This document shows, one piece after another, positions 1 to 15,000 of a stretch of DNA of 64,000 bases. The translations under genes and the position numbers were made by a program. How positions within the stretch are numbered: position 1 is the first letter of the stretch; the number at the start of each line of letters is the position of its first letter. Location of the stretch: positions 47,430,001 through 47,494,000 of the forward strand of contig NC_088857.1 in NCBI RefSeq assembly GCF_963853765.1. Reading direction: 5' to 3'. The stretch comes from Magallana gigas. Lineage: Eukaryota. Below the pieces are notes generated by a model. The model did not search any database and was not told the DNA's origin. It worked only from the letters and a program-made list of their open reading frames with translations.

Positions 1-89
1 ATTTGATTATCAGACATTATTACTATAGGAGGCTACAGTTGCAGAGCTTTGGGTTGATACCTTAGAAACCCTGCATGAGAGACACATAC

Positions 90-3000
90 TTGAGAATGTT
101 AGTAGTAATGCCCCAGTGACATTCCGAGTCTTCCATGTATCTTCTCCCATCAGCAGGCTTCTCTGACAACAGCGTCATCTGCCAAATAAAGGAGTGATAA
201 TTCAAGAACCACCAAAAGAAATCACAGTCTATGCCTTGATATTTCAGTTTAAATGTGAAACACAAAATGCAAAAGATTTGCAGTTGCCTATTCAACATTA
301 AATAAACATGAAGTTGAGCACCTCGCATTACAAAATCTAGTCATTTTCAACATCCATCATTTTAACTTACAATGCCCTGTCTAGAATTCCTTGTTATATC
401 TTTAAAGAATGAATTTTCAAAACTTACCAATTGCTCGTTGGTTCTTTCTTTGCATGAACCTCTGGTTTTCCTTTCTACAGACACAGCATACTGTAACTAC
501 AAACCAAATGTATCCAGTTAAACATCATATGATTTGAAACCTATTTTAATGAATTTAATCAAATCTTGTAGATGTATGCATGTACCAACCTCAGGCATAA
601 GTGTGTTCGGTTTCTTGGCCCACAAATATGAGTCAATTTTTTCTAGAAGATTGTGCATCACATTTCTACAAAGGCAAAAAGTTAATCTGTATCATAACAG
701 TCATGTTTTTCTTCAACAATTAAAAAATTCAATACATACTAATTTAAAATGCATGCATGCATATATAATAATTTTTACAGTTTTTCTGCAACTCCAAAAT
801 GCAGTTATTAACGTGTTTTATAAAAAAAAAAATCCAAAATCTGGTGTAAATTTGAATTTTTAGACTCTACCTCTCTTTAACGATTAGAAAATAGAAATAT
901 TGATAAATAATTATATATGTGTCTGAAGTGACCCTGTCTAACCTTTGATGTCTGTGGTTTAATGCTGTAGTAATACTGGACTGGTAGACTGACTGGTCAA
1001 TGCAGCCCTCTGCGACCTCCATCTCTGTCCAAATCCCCACACAGACCGACTCGTCCAAGTGATGGAGCATCAGAGACGCCACCTCACTCAAGGAGATGCA
1101 CCCCCCACCACACACTGGTCCATCTGAAAACTCCGTTGTCTCCTTATGTGTTAAGCTTTCAGTTTCTAGGCCACAAGATTCTGGTGATTTGGATTTTCTT
1201 TCATGAAAAGTTATATTCTCAAGTTCTCCGCAGGAACTTTCTTTATTTGGAACACTTATATCACTATTTTTTACCTGGGAATGCAAATCAAACAATTCAG
1301 ACATCTTTTCGAAGCTTGATTGGTTATCTGACGCCTCTTTGTGAATCAATGAACTATCATGGGCTGTTGGATTTCTATAGCTATTGTTTTCAACATTAGA
1401 ATGATACTTCTTTTGATGATTGTCAGAATACAACTGAAACTGTTCTACGAAGGATTTCCAGTCACTTATTGTCTCTGGAAGATCTGTTGGAACATTTTCA
1501 AAGAAATTACAATAATGAAAATATTTACACAGTACATGTATATCTATAAAAAAAAATTTAATTTGTTGGTACTGTTCTTGTCACAATTAAAAGATAAGGT
1601 TCAGATTTTTACCCATTTCACTGAAAAGTTGAAGATCTCCAAGACAGAATATCATGGTGGCCATTTCTCTCCATTTTTGCTGCTTTTTCAATAAGATGAG
1701 ACAACCTCTCCAATAACTGTTTAAGGAATAGAGAAGAATCAATCGCAACTTCTCGGGCCTTTCCGGCAAGCTCGGAAAAACACCTTGAATGTATTAACAT
1801 CACCGGATGTTAGAATTTTATACAAAATGGAGTCGCTTCCCATTAAAATAAGTATCGGCTAGACAGTCTTGTATGTCGCTTCTGTGTTATATTTTAGTGT
1901 ATATCGTTTACTTTAATGAAGTATAGCTCACATCTCAACAGATTGTAAAATGTGTTCTATTTATTTCAAGTTTTAAAATCAAAGGCCTGAAGGGCCACAA
2001 TGGCGTCGAGTTAAAGTTAATTTGAAGAGTAAAAACCTAAATAATTTTTTAAACAAGTGAAAAGCTGTCAATGAGACAGCTAACTGGGTTTTCTTTTTAT
2101 ATTTGAACTGTATCCATAATCCATGTCAACCCATATCCAGTGAAATAAAGTACCTCATATGCAATATTTTGCTAAAAAAAGACTAAGTTCAAAAGCTGGT
2201 ATTTTTTTCATAAATAATCAGAAATAAAAATTCTAAAAATATTCACACCTCTGATACATGTACAATTAATCTGCAAAAGAACAACTTTTTATCTATAAAA
2301 CTGTAGGAATAGTTATCCGTACAATGAGGTAACCCTATATGCAATATTTTGCTAAAAATTGACTAACTTCAAAAGCTGGTATTTTTTTCATAAATTATCA
2401 GTAACCAAAATACAAGCAATTTTTTTTCATAAATTATCAGTAACCAAACTCCTAGCAATAAGCACACCTCTGATATATGTATAACTGATCTGCAAAAGAA
2501 AAATTTCCTATCTTGAGAACTGTAGGAGGAGTTATCCGTACAATGAGGGTACCCTATATGCAATATTTTGCCAAAAATGACTAAGTTCAAAAGCTGGTAT
2601 TTTTTTCATAAATTATTGAAAATCAAAATCCTAACAATATGCATACCTCTGATATATGTGTAATTGATCTGCAAAAGAACAACTTCCTGTTTTGAAAACT
2701 GTATGAGGACTTATCCGTACAATGAGGGTACCCTATATGCAATATTTTGTCAAAAAATGACTAAGTTCAAAAGCTGGTATTTTTTTCATAAATTATCGAA
2801 AATCAAAATCCTAGCAATATGCATACCTCTGATATATGTATAACTGATCTGCAAAAGAACAACTTCCTATTTTGAAAACTGTAGGAGGACTTATCCGTAC
2901 AATGAGGGTACCCTATATGCAATATTTTGCCAAAAAATGACCAAGTTCAAAAGCTGGTATTATTTTCATAAATTATCGAAAATCAAAATCCTAGCAATAT

Positions 3001-6000
3001 GCATACCTCTGATATATGTTTAATTGATCTGCAAAAGAACAACTTCCTATTTTGAAAACTGTAGGAGGACTTATCCATACAATGATGGTACCCTATATGC
3101 AATATTTTGCCAAAAAATGACCAAGTTCAAAAGCTGGTATTTTGTTTTCCATAAATTATCAAAAAAAAATTTTTTCAAAAAAAATAGAAAATGTTATTTA
3201 TCACATAACTAATAAAATTACAATTCATTACAAATTTGCTCACCTAATTCTTAAAAAGTTTTGAATTTCAATTGAAAATTTAAGTTTATAGTACTGTGGT
3301 TTTATTAATTTTCGTGGGTATCAATTTTCGTGGATTTTCTGAAAACCACAGTTTCAAGGATACTTAATTTCGTGGCCAATGATCCAAATAATACAAATTA
3401 TTAGTTGAAATTGAACTTCAATGAACATTTAATTTCGTGGATTATCTTAACAACGAAATCCACCAAAATTGGTATTCAACGAATATTGATGAAACCACAG
3501 TAATATCTTAGGAGTTAAAAATTTTTTAGATTTTTTTTCTCTATTTATATGGAAATAAATATTTAAATTATTATTGTGTTTAATTCTATATATTGTATAC
3601 TGCTGATAACCACTCTGTCTCTTATTATCAATTTCATCTAAAATTCACAAGGATCCAAATGACACGGGCCGAAAAGATCGGGGGTAGATAAAAGAAAGCA
3701 CCCATTCACGTTGTTTACAAAGTGAAAGTAGTTCATTAGTTGGTTTATGTAGATGTACTTATCGCTCGATTAGGAAGTTTTGTTTCAATAAGATCAAACA
3801 TTTGTGCATTGTCAATTTTCGATATGGATACAAAATCATCTATTTTGCAGGCTAGTACATTTCATAACCAAATTGAGTATGTAAGCCCAGCTATCGCATG
3901 TGTCTCGGTGCTAGTGTATTCATCCGCTGAAACCGAGACATATTGTTTTCAATAAAATGTGAACATTTTTAAAGACGGCAACCATTTCGAATCTGCAAAC
4001 TTGTTTTGTTGACGTACAGTTCTGCTCGAAATTGAAGTATGTCATCTATTTTTCTTGAAATACATACGAAAACTTTGCACTCATTTGAGTTGTTTGGCTC
4101 CTAAAAATGTAACTTCCGGACGTACGATCCCTAGATGGCTTTCGAGCTTCGCTCGACGCCATAAAAAGGGGGGTTGTCATGGACGCCTATGTAATACATT
4201 CGAGGTGTTTTTCCGAGCTTGCCGGAAAGGCCCGAGAAGTTGCGATTGAGAGAAGAATAACAAGAGTTATTCCCCTTGAAAACAATCACATTCTACAAAT
4301 GGTATATTTGTCTAATCATTGTATTTAGAGGCATTTTTTTTTAAAAATCCTAATACATAATGTATTATTCATCCATTTTGATAAATGATTTTTACATGCA
4401 TTAAAAACAGCAACTAATTACATTCATACTACAACACATCTATTTTACTACCAGTAAATAAATATCATTACTGTTACTAAAAATTCATACATTTCATTTC
4501 CAATTCAATCAAATTTCTCCATCTTTAATAGAATTTGTGAAATAAGGTTCTAATATCATGCACTTTAAGTAGTCAAACTCTGCAACATTTATGAAATTTA
4601 CATAGAGAACACAAAACTAGAGTTGCTCTTACTAAAACCCTGGTGTACGAAATAGAAAACACCAAGAGTTACCTACCCTGACTCTGTACACATGCTAAAA
4701 CATTTTTCTCTGTGATCCTCACTGATGTTGAGTAGAATAAAGTCTACTTTATCCCTGTCTTCCCAAGGCACACAATGGCTAGACAGCCTGTGTTAGAGAA
4801 GGATTAATGTAATACATCTAAATATCAGCTTTGGCTAAAATTGTTAAACTTTTAATACTCAGTAATTCAAAATTAATCCTTTCAAATATATATCATATCA
4901 AAATATATAAGATAAAATAACTGAGAAACAAATACTTTTTAAACCCTTGTTTTGGGACCAAAAATACCCAATTGATGGCATGAACAACAAATTGCCTGTC
5001 ATACCAGGGGTTGCCATCTTCATCCTTGAGCTGCTTAGATATCACAGTCTTCCCCAGTAATGTACGAAGCCAGGTCAGTGCCACTCTCTCCTCCATTATC
5101 AAGTTACTTTTGAGCAACCTGCAAAATGGAAAAACAATATTGTCACTAACTGCACTGTACTTTTAAATTTCATTACAATATGAAACTGAAAAGATTTTTT
5201 GTATCAATAACTTTTTCACAATGCATGACTAAAATGACAAGTTTAAAGACAATAACCATCATGATTTTACTGTTTTTAATGATCTTAAACAAGTTAGTTT
5301 TAAGCCCTTTTGCTGAATAACTAGTCTTAAAATTTTGTCTACAAAAAGGTACACTGATACATGTATGTTACATATAGTTAATGAATGACTAATGACCTTC
5401 TAGATGACTGAAGCTCTACAAATCTCCCACACATGTACTGATCCAGAAGGACGGTCTCATCTTGTTGGTAGTGTTGACATAAAAATATGATATCTACTGG
5501 CTGGAGATGGTCACATTTTACACAGAAGGAGACAGTCTCCACTGGAAACCTCTTGAACAATCTAAAATATTAAAATCAGTGAAATTATGAGCTCATATCA
5601 AAATACTGCCATATTGAAAACATTTAAACTCAATTTCTTCTACATGCACCACATCTGTCAAAAGGCCAAAGGTGAATACCAGAAATGGGCACATTTTTAT
5701 TTCACAGTGTTTTTTAAATAAAATTTATCATCTGTGACATTCAACATGTTCAACAGTAAAACCTTCCATATATCTATAACTAAGTGCAGTGTCCAATTTA
5801 TCAGTAACTCTTTCTAACCTCATTTCTTGATTTAAGTGATTTCATTAAAACCTACTTGTAAACAGAAAACAACGCCCTCTGTTGGTCATGTCTACTCAAC
5901 TCCAACATGCTAATGGCTTCATCTTTACTCTTCTTATCTAGTGCTAACAAGGAACTGTCCGCTTCATTCTTGACTGAAAAATAAATAAATCATAATACCT

Positions 6001-9000
6001 TTCTAGATAAGTTGATATGCATTGCAATAAATGCAATACATCTTGAATTGCATAAGGATTAAACATTAGCATACAATATTAACCTTGCAGACTCTGCATC
6101 CAAGCTGTCCACACTTGGAACTTATCGTCTTGTGACATAGTACTCCCTCTTGAGTATACGATTTGTATCAAATCAATTTTGTCCAGTAAGAAGAAATAGC
6201 ACCTGACAAATGCTGCTATATCACTAGTATTGAGTGCCATCACTCCATTCATTCCTAAAGACCTTATGTTTGATATGCCATGTTCTAAAATTTCACAATG
6301 TGAACTATCTAAGAAATTATTTTCTTCAGTATCACAAACACTTAAGTTTTCATTTACAGTACTTTTGCAGGGTCCCTGAGTATTGACTACAGACTCAAGA
6401 ACACTTGAGCCGCTAATGCCTTCTCCTTTGTCACCAGGGTTACCAAACACATCTGTTTTCGTATGTTCTCCACTTAATCTCACAGAGGTATTAAACACAG
6501 AAGCATTGTTTGTTTCATTTGTCTGGTAACAGTTTGGACAGATATCACAGAAAGAAATAGCACCAAGATCAGGTTCAATAGAACCAACTATATTATTGAA
6601 ACATCGGGAGTTAAAACACTGTCTAGTCAAATCTTTCACAAGAGTAAACATTTCACTAGATAGCTGGAGAGGATCTTCTACATTACAGAAATCTTGAACA
6701 CTAAGCTTCTCAAAATCACTGAGCTCTAACATAGGACTTGATGGTTGTTCACATTCTGTATCCATTACTTCCTTGTCTTTCTCTGTATCATCCAGAGCTG
6801 TCTGAACATCTTCCATAACATCACTTTTATTCTCCTCTTTTGAAGACTCGGTAACCAGCCTTAGCCTACATCTCTCTGAATGTTTACTTTGTAGCACCTT
6901 CAAATATTTCTGAGTATTTAAATTCTTCATCACAGTATTCAGAGAAATCATCCAATCAGCAAGTGTCTCCCACAATGCATCAGGATTAAGCATGACAGAA
7001 AAGTCCTGCAGCTTTGCCCTAGTTTTGACAGATTTCTGGATAAACTCATTGAGGCCCAATATGGGTGATTCTTGCACTGGATCAGAAAGAGGAATGTCTT
7101 GTTTCAATTCTTGTTCTTCAGGTATACAGGAAGTTACCTTAATCAAACAGAAAAAACATAATATGATAAATGACAAAAAAAATTTCCCTATATGAACATA
7201 CTAAGAAGACAATGTCAAATTGATTTTGTTTTCTGTGAAAATAAAAATAGCTACTTTATAATAGGCTAGTTCAGTTATTAGCATATATATGCATCAAGTA
7301 TCAAATACCCTTTATGCAGTGAAAATTAATACCCTTATCACAAACCTTGGGCTCTATTTGAAATGGAATTTCATCCAAAGTCACTTTAAAAAGCAAGGAA
7401 GGAAAATTAACATAAGATTTCCCTACTCCTTGCTCTGTCAGTGCAAATATAAGTTAAAGCTGTTCAAGATGGATTTTATGATTACATTATTTGGGTCATC
7501 TTTTGGTAAATGTTGATGATGATGTAACATTGATTTTGTTCAAATGACCTCAGTTGAAGATTATTTTACACCCTCAGGTCACAAACAACATTTGTGGAAG
7601 CATGAGCCATTGGTGTTCTGAATTCTTTCAAAAGTTATGGATCAGACATGAAAGTTAAATGGGCAGGTATAGAGTCAGATGGTAATGTTGAATCAAATAT
7701 ATCACAACCTTGACTTCTGATAGGTATAAACATAGGTAATCACAGATTACAAAGCTCACCGAGACGAGGCATCAACTTTATGAGGCATCACCTTTAAAAC
7801 CACCTTTATCATATGATATGAAAATCATAGTTATTGATCTTGGATATTCATGGATACTGTTTTGACACAATATCGTATATCATATGTAACAAAATTGTAT
7901 GATAATCCTATGTTCATTTCATACATTATTATAAGATACAATGTTTATCAATACAATAATATAAAATATGATATTGCATCCAATGATACTTACAATATAT
8001 ATCATTTAATACAATATAATACTGTAATAAATATTGATGCAATATGATTTTGTAACATATAATATGACATTGTATCGTGTTATACATTATTGTATTTAAT
8101 CACATAATACAATATCATAATATCTAATATAAATACAATATAGCATTATTTGATACTATATCATATCACATAATACATCACAATATTGTAACATATGATA
8201 TTATATTGTATAATATAGTATAATTTTGTATTGTATGATATTGTATCATATTTAATACACAATATTGTATCATATGATACAATATAATTTGATAAAACAT
8301 TGTTTCATATCATATGATACAATATCATCTGATACAGTACGATATTATATAATACAATATCATTTTATACAATATCATATCATATGATACAATATCATAT
8401 TATACAATATCATATTAAATGATATCTTATAATATCATATAATACAATTTCATGTATTATATAACAATATATTATATAAACCAATATCATATTATACAAT
8501 ATTGTATCATACGATATGCTATAATTATAATATACAATATCGTATCATATGATACAATATCATATATTGCAATATAATATGAAACAATATCATTCGATAA
8601 AATAATATATTATACAATATCATATTCTACAATATTGTATAATAATATACAATACTATACATAACAATATCATAATACAATATCATATAATAATGTACAA
8701 AAAAATTGATATCATATCATATCATATAAATTTTTACAATATAATGTATGATATTACATTGTATCATATAAAACAATAGTGTATCATATCATAGAATACT
8801 ATATCATAGGAATCATGTTAAATCATTTAACAACAAACACATCTATCAAGCAGGTTTGAGTGAGGTAGGAGAATTTTTAGCATCCTTGATAATGGAGATC
8901 AGGCTCTGCATCTGAAGCTACCTCTGCAATTCATTTATATTATAGTTAAATCAATTATGCAAGCTATTATCTATAAAACATGTAACCTGTTCCAAAAAAC

Positions 9001-12000
9001 TAAACCTCATCCAGCATCCGAAACCTATGGCTCAGATTCAGCATTCAAGCCTGTCAGATGCATCAGTATCATGAGATGCATCATCCTTGCAAGTTTGGTG
9101 ATGTAAGGACCAGTAATAACTAAGATATAATCATCAGAGGGCACCTGCTCTAAAAACTTTAACCAGCTCTTAAAACCTTAACCTCATCCAGCATCCGAAA
9201 CCTATGGCTCAGATTCAGCATTCATGCCTGTCAGGTGCATCAGTATCGTAAGACGCACCATCCTTGCAAGTTTGGTGAAGTTAGGACCAGAAATAACTAA
9301 GATATATTTTTTAGCATCCTTGATAATGGAGATCAGGCTCTGCATCTGAAGCTACCTCTGCCATTCATTTATATTATAGTTAGATCATATATGCAAGTTT
9401 GAAATAGTGCTATTACCTACATATATTAAACATGTGACCTGTTCCAAAAAAACTAAACCTCATCCAGCATCCGAAACCTATGGCTCAGATTCAGCATTCA
9501 AGCCTGTCAGGTGCATCAGTATCATAAGACACACCATCCATGTAAGTTTGGTAAAGTTAGGACCAGTAATAACTAAGATATGATCATCAGAGGGCACCTG
9601 CTCTAAAAACTTTAACCAGCTCTTAAAACCTTAACCTCATCCAGCATCCGAAACCTATGGCTCAGATTCAGCATTCAAGCCTGTCAGGTGCATCAGTATC
9701 ATAAGACGCACCATCTATGCAAGTTTGGTGAAGTTGGGACCCGTAGTAACTTAGAAATGGCTATCAAAGGGCACCTGCAACAAAAACTTTAACCTGCTCG
9801 AAAAACCTAACTTCATCTAGCATCCGAAACCTTCAGCTCAGATTCAGCATTCAAGCCTGTCAGGTGCAAAAGTATCATAAGACACACCATCCATGCAAGT
9901 TTGGTGAAGTAAGGACCAGTAGTAAGTAAGATATAATCATCAGAGGGCACCTGCTCCAAAAACTTTAACCAGCTCTAAAAACCTTAACCTCATCCAGCAT
10001 CCGAAACCTATGGCTCAGATTCAGCATTCAAGCCTGTCAGGTGCATCAGTATCATAAGACACACCATCTATGCAAGTTTGGTGAAGTTTGGACCAGTAGT
10101 AACTTAGAAATGGCTATCAAAGGGCACCTGCAACAAAAACTTTAACCTGCTCCAAACACCTTAACCTCCTCCAGCATCTGAAATTCATGGCCCAGATTCA
10201 GCATCCAAGTCTCTCAAGTCCATTAGTAGGTCCAGATGCATCATTCATGCAAGTTTGGTGAAGATAGGACAAGTAATAAGTTAGATACAGGACCTGCAAC
10301 AAAAACTTTAACCAGGTCCGGACGCCGACGCCGACGCCGGCGCCGACGCCAAGGGTATAGCATAAGCTCCCCCCGACTTCGTCTCGGTGAGCTTAAAAGG
10401 CCCTTTTTGACTGACTGACAAACAACATGTTTTTTTATCTATGTTGGGGAGCTTTAAAAGTCAGAGAGAAACTGGAACTGAATGATGTCCCTGTCAATGA
10501 AAGGCATACAGACAAACCTCAGTCAGCAGAATTATTTGGACCTGTGATCTGTGGATCATACCCATTTACACACTGTAGGGGCACAATAGTCTGTTTATGT
10601 ACATGTAATATAGAAAAAAATGATCCATAGATAAATAACATCCAAGATGCTGACGAAACTTAAACCTCAAACTTACCTGTATTTGAACTCGTGATTCTTT
10701 AGAATCTTTGGGGGAAGATGAAATTCTTTTCTTTTCTTTGATTGTATCCAAGAACTTCTTCTTAGTGTTAGCAAACTTAGACTGTAAACTGAAATAAAAA
10801 GCACATTGGCCATATTTACTGGTTAGCATGACAAAGAATCTCTTCATTTGTGGGTGTTTTTATAAAATGTACATAAAGTAACTTTTACTGGAGTAGGGCA
10901 ATATCAGATGAATAGACAACAAGTTTTCACATTAGGTTCAACAATTGAGCATGGTATGACTGACTGACCTGCCCTTGACAGAGGTCAAGGTCATTTTGGT
11001 GGGTTCTTCCCACGATTGACTGAGAGGAGACGCTGAAGGTGAAGGTAATTCTGCTGCATTAGGCTGGATCAGACTGGGTTTCTCTGTCATCGCAGGGCAA
11101 CTCTCTGTTCTTTTAAGAGGGAAAGAATTTGATTGGGTGACTGGAATGCTATTCAAATATTCATTGGGTGCTGAATTTGAGATCATTTCTTTGGAGGAAT
11201 GGGAAGATTCTTGCTTCTTGTGCTCTGTAAATCAGACACTAATTCAAATTACATTCATGTTACGTTACAGGTACAATATGTTGATATCTATGCCTAATTT
11301 GTAAATTGAAATTCAGGTAAGATAGTATTAAACTATATAAACACTATTTACATGTCATATTTTGAAGAAAGAAATCACAATTACCTCTATCTGTCTCCTT
11401 TAATTTACTCCCTGAAAATTTAAAGGAAATGCTTAAATTTTTCAGTATATTTTATTTTTTGTGATGCCTTCTGAAAATAATATAATTCTGAGTCTAATAC
11501 ATCAATCTGTCACATGCTTAAAAATTTTCTTTGAGTTGTGAAATTATTAATTGTTATAGATATACATGTATTAATTGATATTAAAATTTCTTTTTTAAAA
11601 ATCAATCATTCATGTCTTATATTAAAAATGGTGTAATGGCATCATTTAAAAAGTGATACTATTCTATAATCATATAGCAATATTTGAAAAAAAAAAAAAT
11701 TTTCTTTTTAATAAGAAAATTAATACCTGTACCGGTAGATGATTTTATATTGAACTGATTTTAAATAAAAATGCAAGCGAAAAGAAAGACATTACTTTCT
11801 AGAATTATTTGCAAATATAAGAGAAAATTAATAAAGTTAATAAAATTAATGTTTTACTTGAATTTCTTCGTCTGTGTTTCTCATCCTTTGGTTTTCTTCC
11901 ATCAATGTCCACAGTAACTGCTTTTTTGCGAGTGCTTGACTTTTTCTGCCCGTCTGATTCAGAATTTTTCACAATGAGCGGTATGATATCTGTAAGTACC

Positions 12001-15000
12001 AAATTTCTGGTTCAATGACTTTGACCCTCTAGTAAGACAGAGACCTCTCTCTTGCTTTAAACAAACTTTTGAATTAAAAGACAAATTTTCTGTTACCTCA
12101 AATCTAGCTGATAATATGTTCATTTTTGTCAAATACAAATATAAATACATTAGTTTCAAATAATATGTGCACTAATAAATACCTCAATGTCAAACACAAT
12201 ATATCAAAGGAATTCATTTTTTATGTCAAACAAAACCATACATTATCAACACTTAGAGTAATTAACTCGTGCTCTGTACATTTACTGATCTTCAGACTTA
12301 GTTTGATCAAATGCTTTAAATCCCATACTCCTAACCTTAAGGAAATGAAGTTAATCTACAGTTTGACAGTCTAATGAAATGTAATACTTTATTACCTTGG
12401 TCCTGAACAGATACTATGTCAATAATCTCATCCTTAACTAGTCCATTCTGGGAAGAATTTGCTTGTTCAAATGAGTCCTCATTCAAATCACCATTTAATT
12501 TGGGTTTCTTTGTTGCCAATTTAATAGACCCCCTTGGTATAAGAATTTCATCATCAGCAAATATGTCATCCGAATTAATTAAGCGGTTCAGGCTTTCTTT
12601 GTTCAGTTCAGTATGATTCTCCACTTCAGATGATTCAACCTCTACATGGCCACCATTGATAGTACATACTGGCATATCCTGATTTTTCTCCATCTGTTCT
12701 GAACTCTCAGTATCCACAAAACATCTTTCTTGGTCTTGTTTTGATTTATCATTAGAATTTAAGTCTTTCTCCAATTCATCCTCATCTACAATGTTCACAA
12801 TGACTTCATTTGTACGAGATGGTAACTTTACTGGAGAAGATGTCCCGGAATCAACTTCATCTTGAGACCCCGTCTCATTCCAGGAATCCAGAGAAGCAGA
12901 ACTCTTAGAATTTTTGATCTGATAGATTCCAGAATCCAGACGTACTATGGAAGCTCCAGAACTTGATCGACTCCGACTATATTCCGACCCCTCAGTCTCT
13001 GAGCTTGAAGCAGCTTCTGCAGAAATCTTTTCAAATATTTCCATCACTTTTCCTTCGTGTTCTGATTGGCAGCCATTGTGAATGTTTTGTACAAGGTCTT
13101 TTAACATTTTCCGAGACAAATGTCTTCCACCGTGGTTGGCCATGATTGACTGGCTGTACGTCCCACACACCTGGGCCGCCAGCTCCCACAATTTACGACT
13201 GACCAAAACAGAAACTGTCTGAGAGGCTGACATCAATATCAATTTGTGGATTTCTCCTGATGTCAAGAAAACGTATATCTCTGTTCCATGAATTCCAGCT
13301 TCCAATATATCTATTTGTTAAAAAAAATTATTTTCACACATTTGATAAAGAAATGTAAGAATGAATATCATCTTTAGTGAGAATACTGAAGTCCAAGTAT
13401 CACCTGTTTGGAATTCCGTCCATAGTATGACCTTTGGCTGTTCTTGTAGGGGGTCGAGCAGGATTAATTTGGTTTTGTTCCATGTCAATATAAACTTATT
13501 ACTGCAAACAAACAAAACCACAAAGATAACACTGATGATAATGAGATTTATCAAAGTGACTTTTATTTCAACAGTTGCATTTTAAAAGAAGATTCAGTGT
13601 AATTTAAATAACATCATTCTTTAATTCAGCACATTTAACATAACTATGGATATAATTCATATTGACAAAATGTTTGTACAAATATAAATCTGCACAACGA
13701 CAAGAAATGCCAACATCACTATAATTCACCCATTATATAAACTTACTTACCTTAAACATTTCAAAACAGGAAAATTGATGCCCAGAGGAGGAAATTCCTT
13801 CTTTTCTAATCTCCATGTGTTATCTCTATATGAAATAAAACTGCAAAGGTTAACCAATTATACTTCCTTTACCCTCTTTCATTGCAATAGCTCTTAACAC
13901 TCTTAAACTGTCACAGCACCAGGAAACTTAAAACCTGAGAAAATTGCGAGACCTTGTTTACCATGATCACCAGTTTTAATGAGGACCACAAAATGTTAAT
14001 CGGATTGATTAAAAGTACAGAAAAAAATAATTTTGACAGTTTTTTTCTTTTGATTTGTAAATACCTGATAGACAGCACATGAACTGGTGGAATGGCCAGC
14101 AGTTGTTTGAACTGGTGAGTGTGTTGGACATTGCCCTCAATATCTACCTGAAACAAACATCAAATCAGGCCATTAATACAGTACAAGGAAACCAAAAACA
14201 AGAGAGGGGGTGGTATATAATACCGTACACAAGTTCTCTAGCTGAAGGATATATATAACACATGCAACAATTTTGTACTGCTAATTAATGAGCAGTGGCC
14301 AAGATTTTCTCATCTTTTCCTAAATACTTCTGCAAATTAATCTCAAAATCCTAATCAGCCCATTTTCATACCTTGAACAATTCAAAATAATGTAAATTTC
14401 TTGCCATTAATAGTTTTCTTTACAAAAACGAAAAACATCAGGAAATGATTAACTAAAAAAAATGAACCTTGTCGTAAAATTCTTCCTTACAAAAGGAAAT
14501 AACTTAACTGTCTCCTTATTTGACCAACATTGACAAGTACATGTATGCTTTTCGAATTCTATAATTCAAATAATCTAGAGATTAAACTATTTTCGCACAA
14601 CAAATGAAGTCATTACAAGAAATTAAATACCAGTACCCAGGAATGACTGTTTACCATACAAAGATAGCAGACAAAAATTCTACATGAGTGCAAGCAAATT
14701 CTTTCCTTAGTCTTGTAAAAAAAAGTTTAAGATCTTATAACATCTTTCATAGCTTCACTTTTATTTTGCCAGATGATGTCTTATTTATTTATATTTACAA
14801 CTATGTATTTATTCAGTCTGAAAATAATAATTTCTACTAATTCCTGAACTTACGAAACTGATTAGTACACCAAAACATTACATGTATTAATAAGGACTTA
14901 ATTTGGGGCAAAATAAAAGTCTACCAAAGTTGGGTGTTTAGAATGTTCAAGCATATAAAAAATGATTAACAATATCTGATTTATTTAATACATACCTCCC

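Larger units (their letters stand above)
1740..4248. mobile_element. Non-autonomous DNA transposon (MULE-like by 10-bp TSD), 2509 bp, in HPS5 intron
   Basis: ~57-bp TIRs (caatcgcaacttctcgggcctttccggcaagctcggaaaaacacc at 1740; inverse ending 4248). Exact 10-bp TSD agagaagaat at 1730-1739 and 4249-4258. No transposase recognised inside. Confidence 0.85.

Noticed and set aside
933-942. HPS5 donor at 932 (AGG|GTCACT)
   Set aside because: The donor at 942 (AG|GTTAGA) gives a consistent open frame through the next two exons; the 932 donor leads to a stop at the next junction.
2150-10200. CRISPR-like arrays (180-bp and 177-bp periodic repeats; also the 51-bp array at 33.2 kb)
   Set aside because: Whole units are repeated with no unique spacers, no cas genes, and the context is eukaryotic introns.
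10236-10418. ORF with poly-Arg tract
   Set aside because: Derived from the (gacgcc)n microsatellite of the Helentron-like element.
10520-10572. Extra HPS5 exon (cag|TGTGTA...GAG|gtttgt)
   Set aside because: Contains an in-frame TGA, and exons 10677-10788 and 6084-7137 already join in phase without it. A poison exon cannot be excluded but is unsupported.
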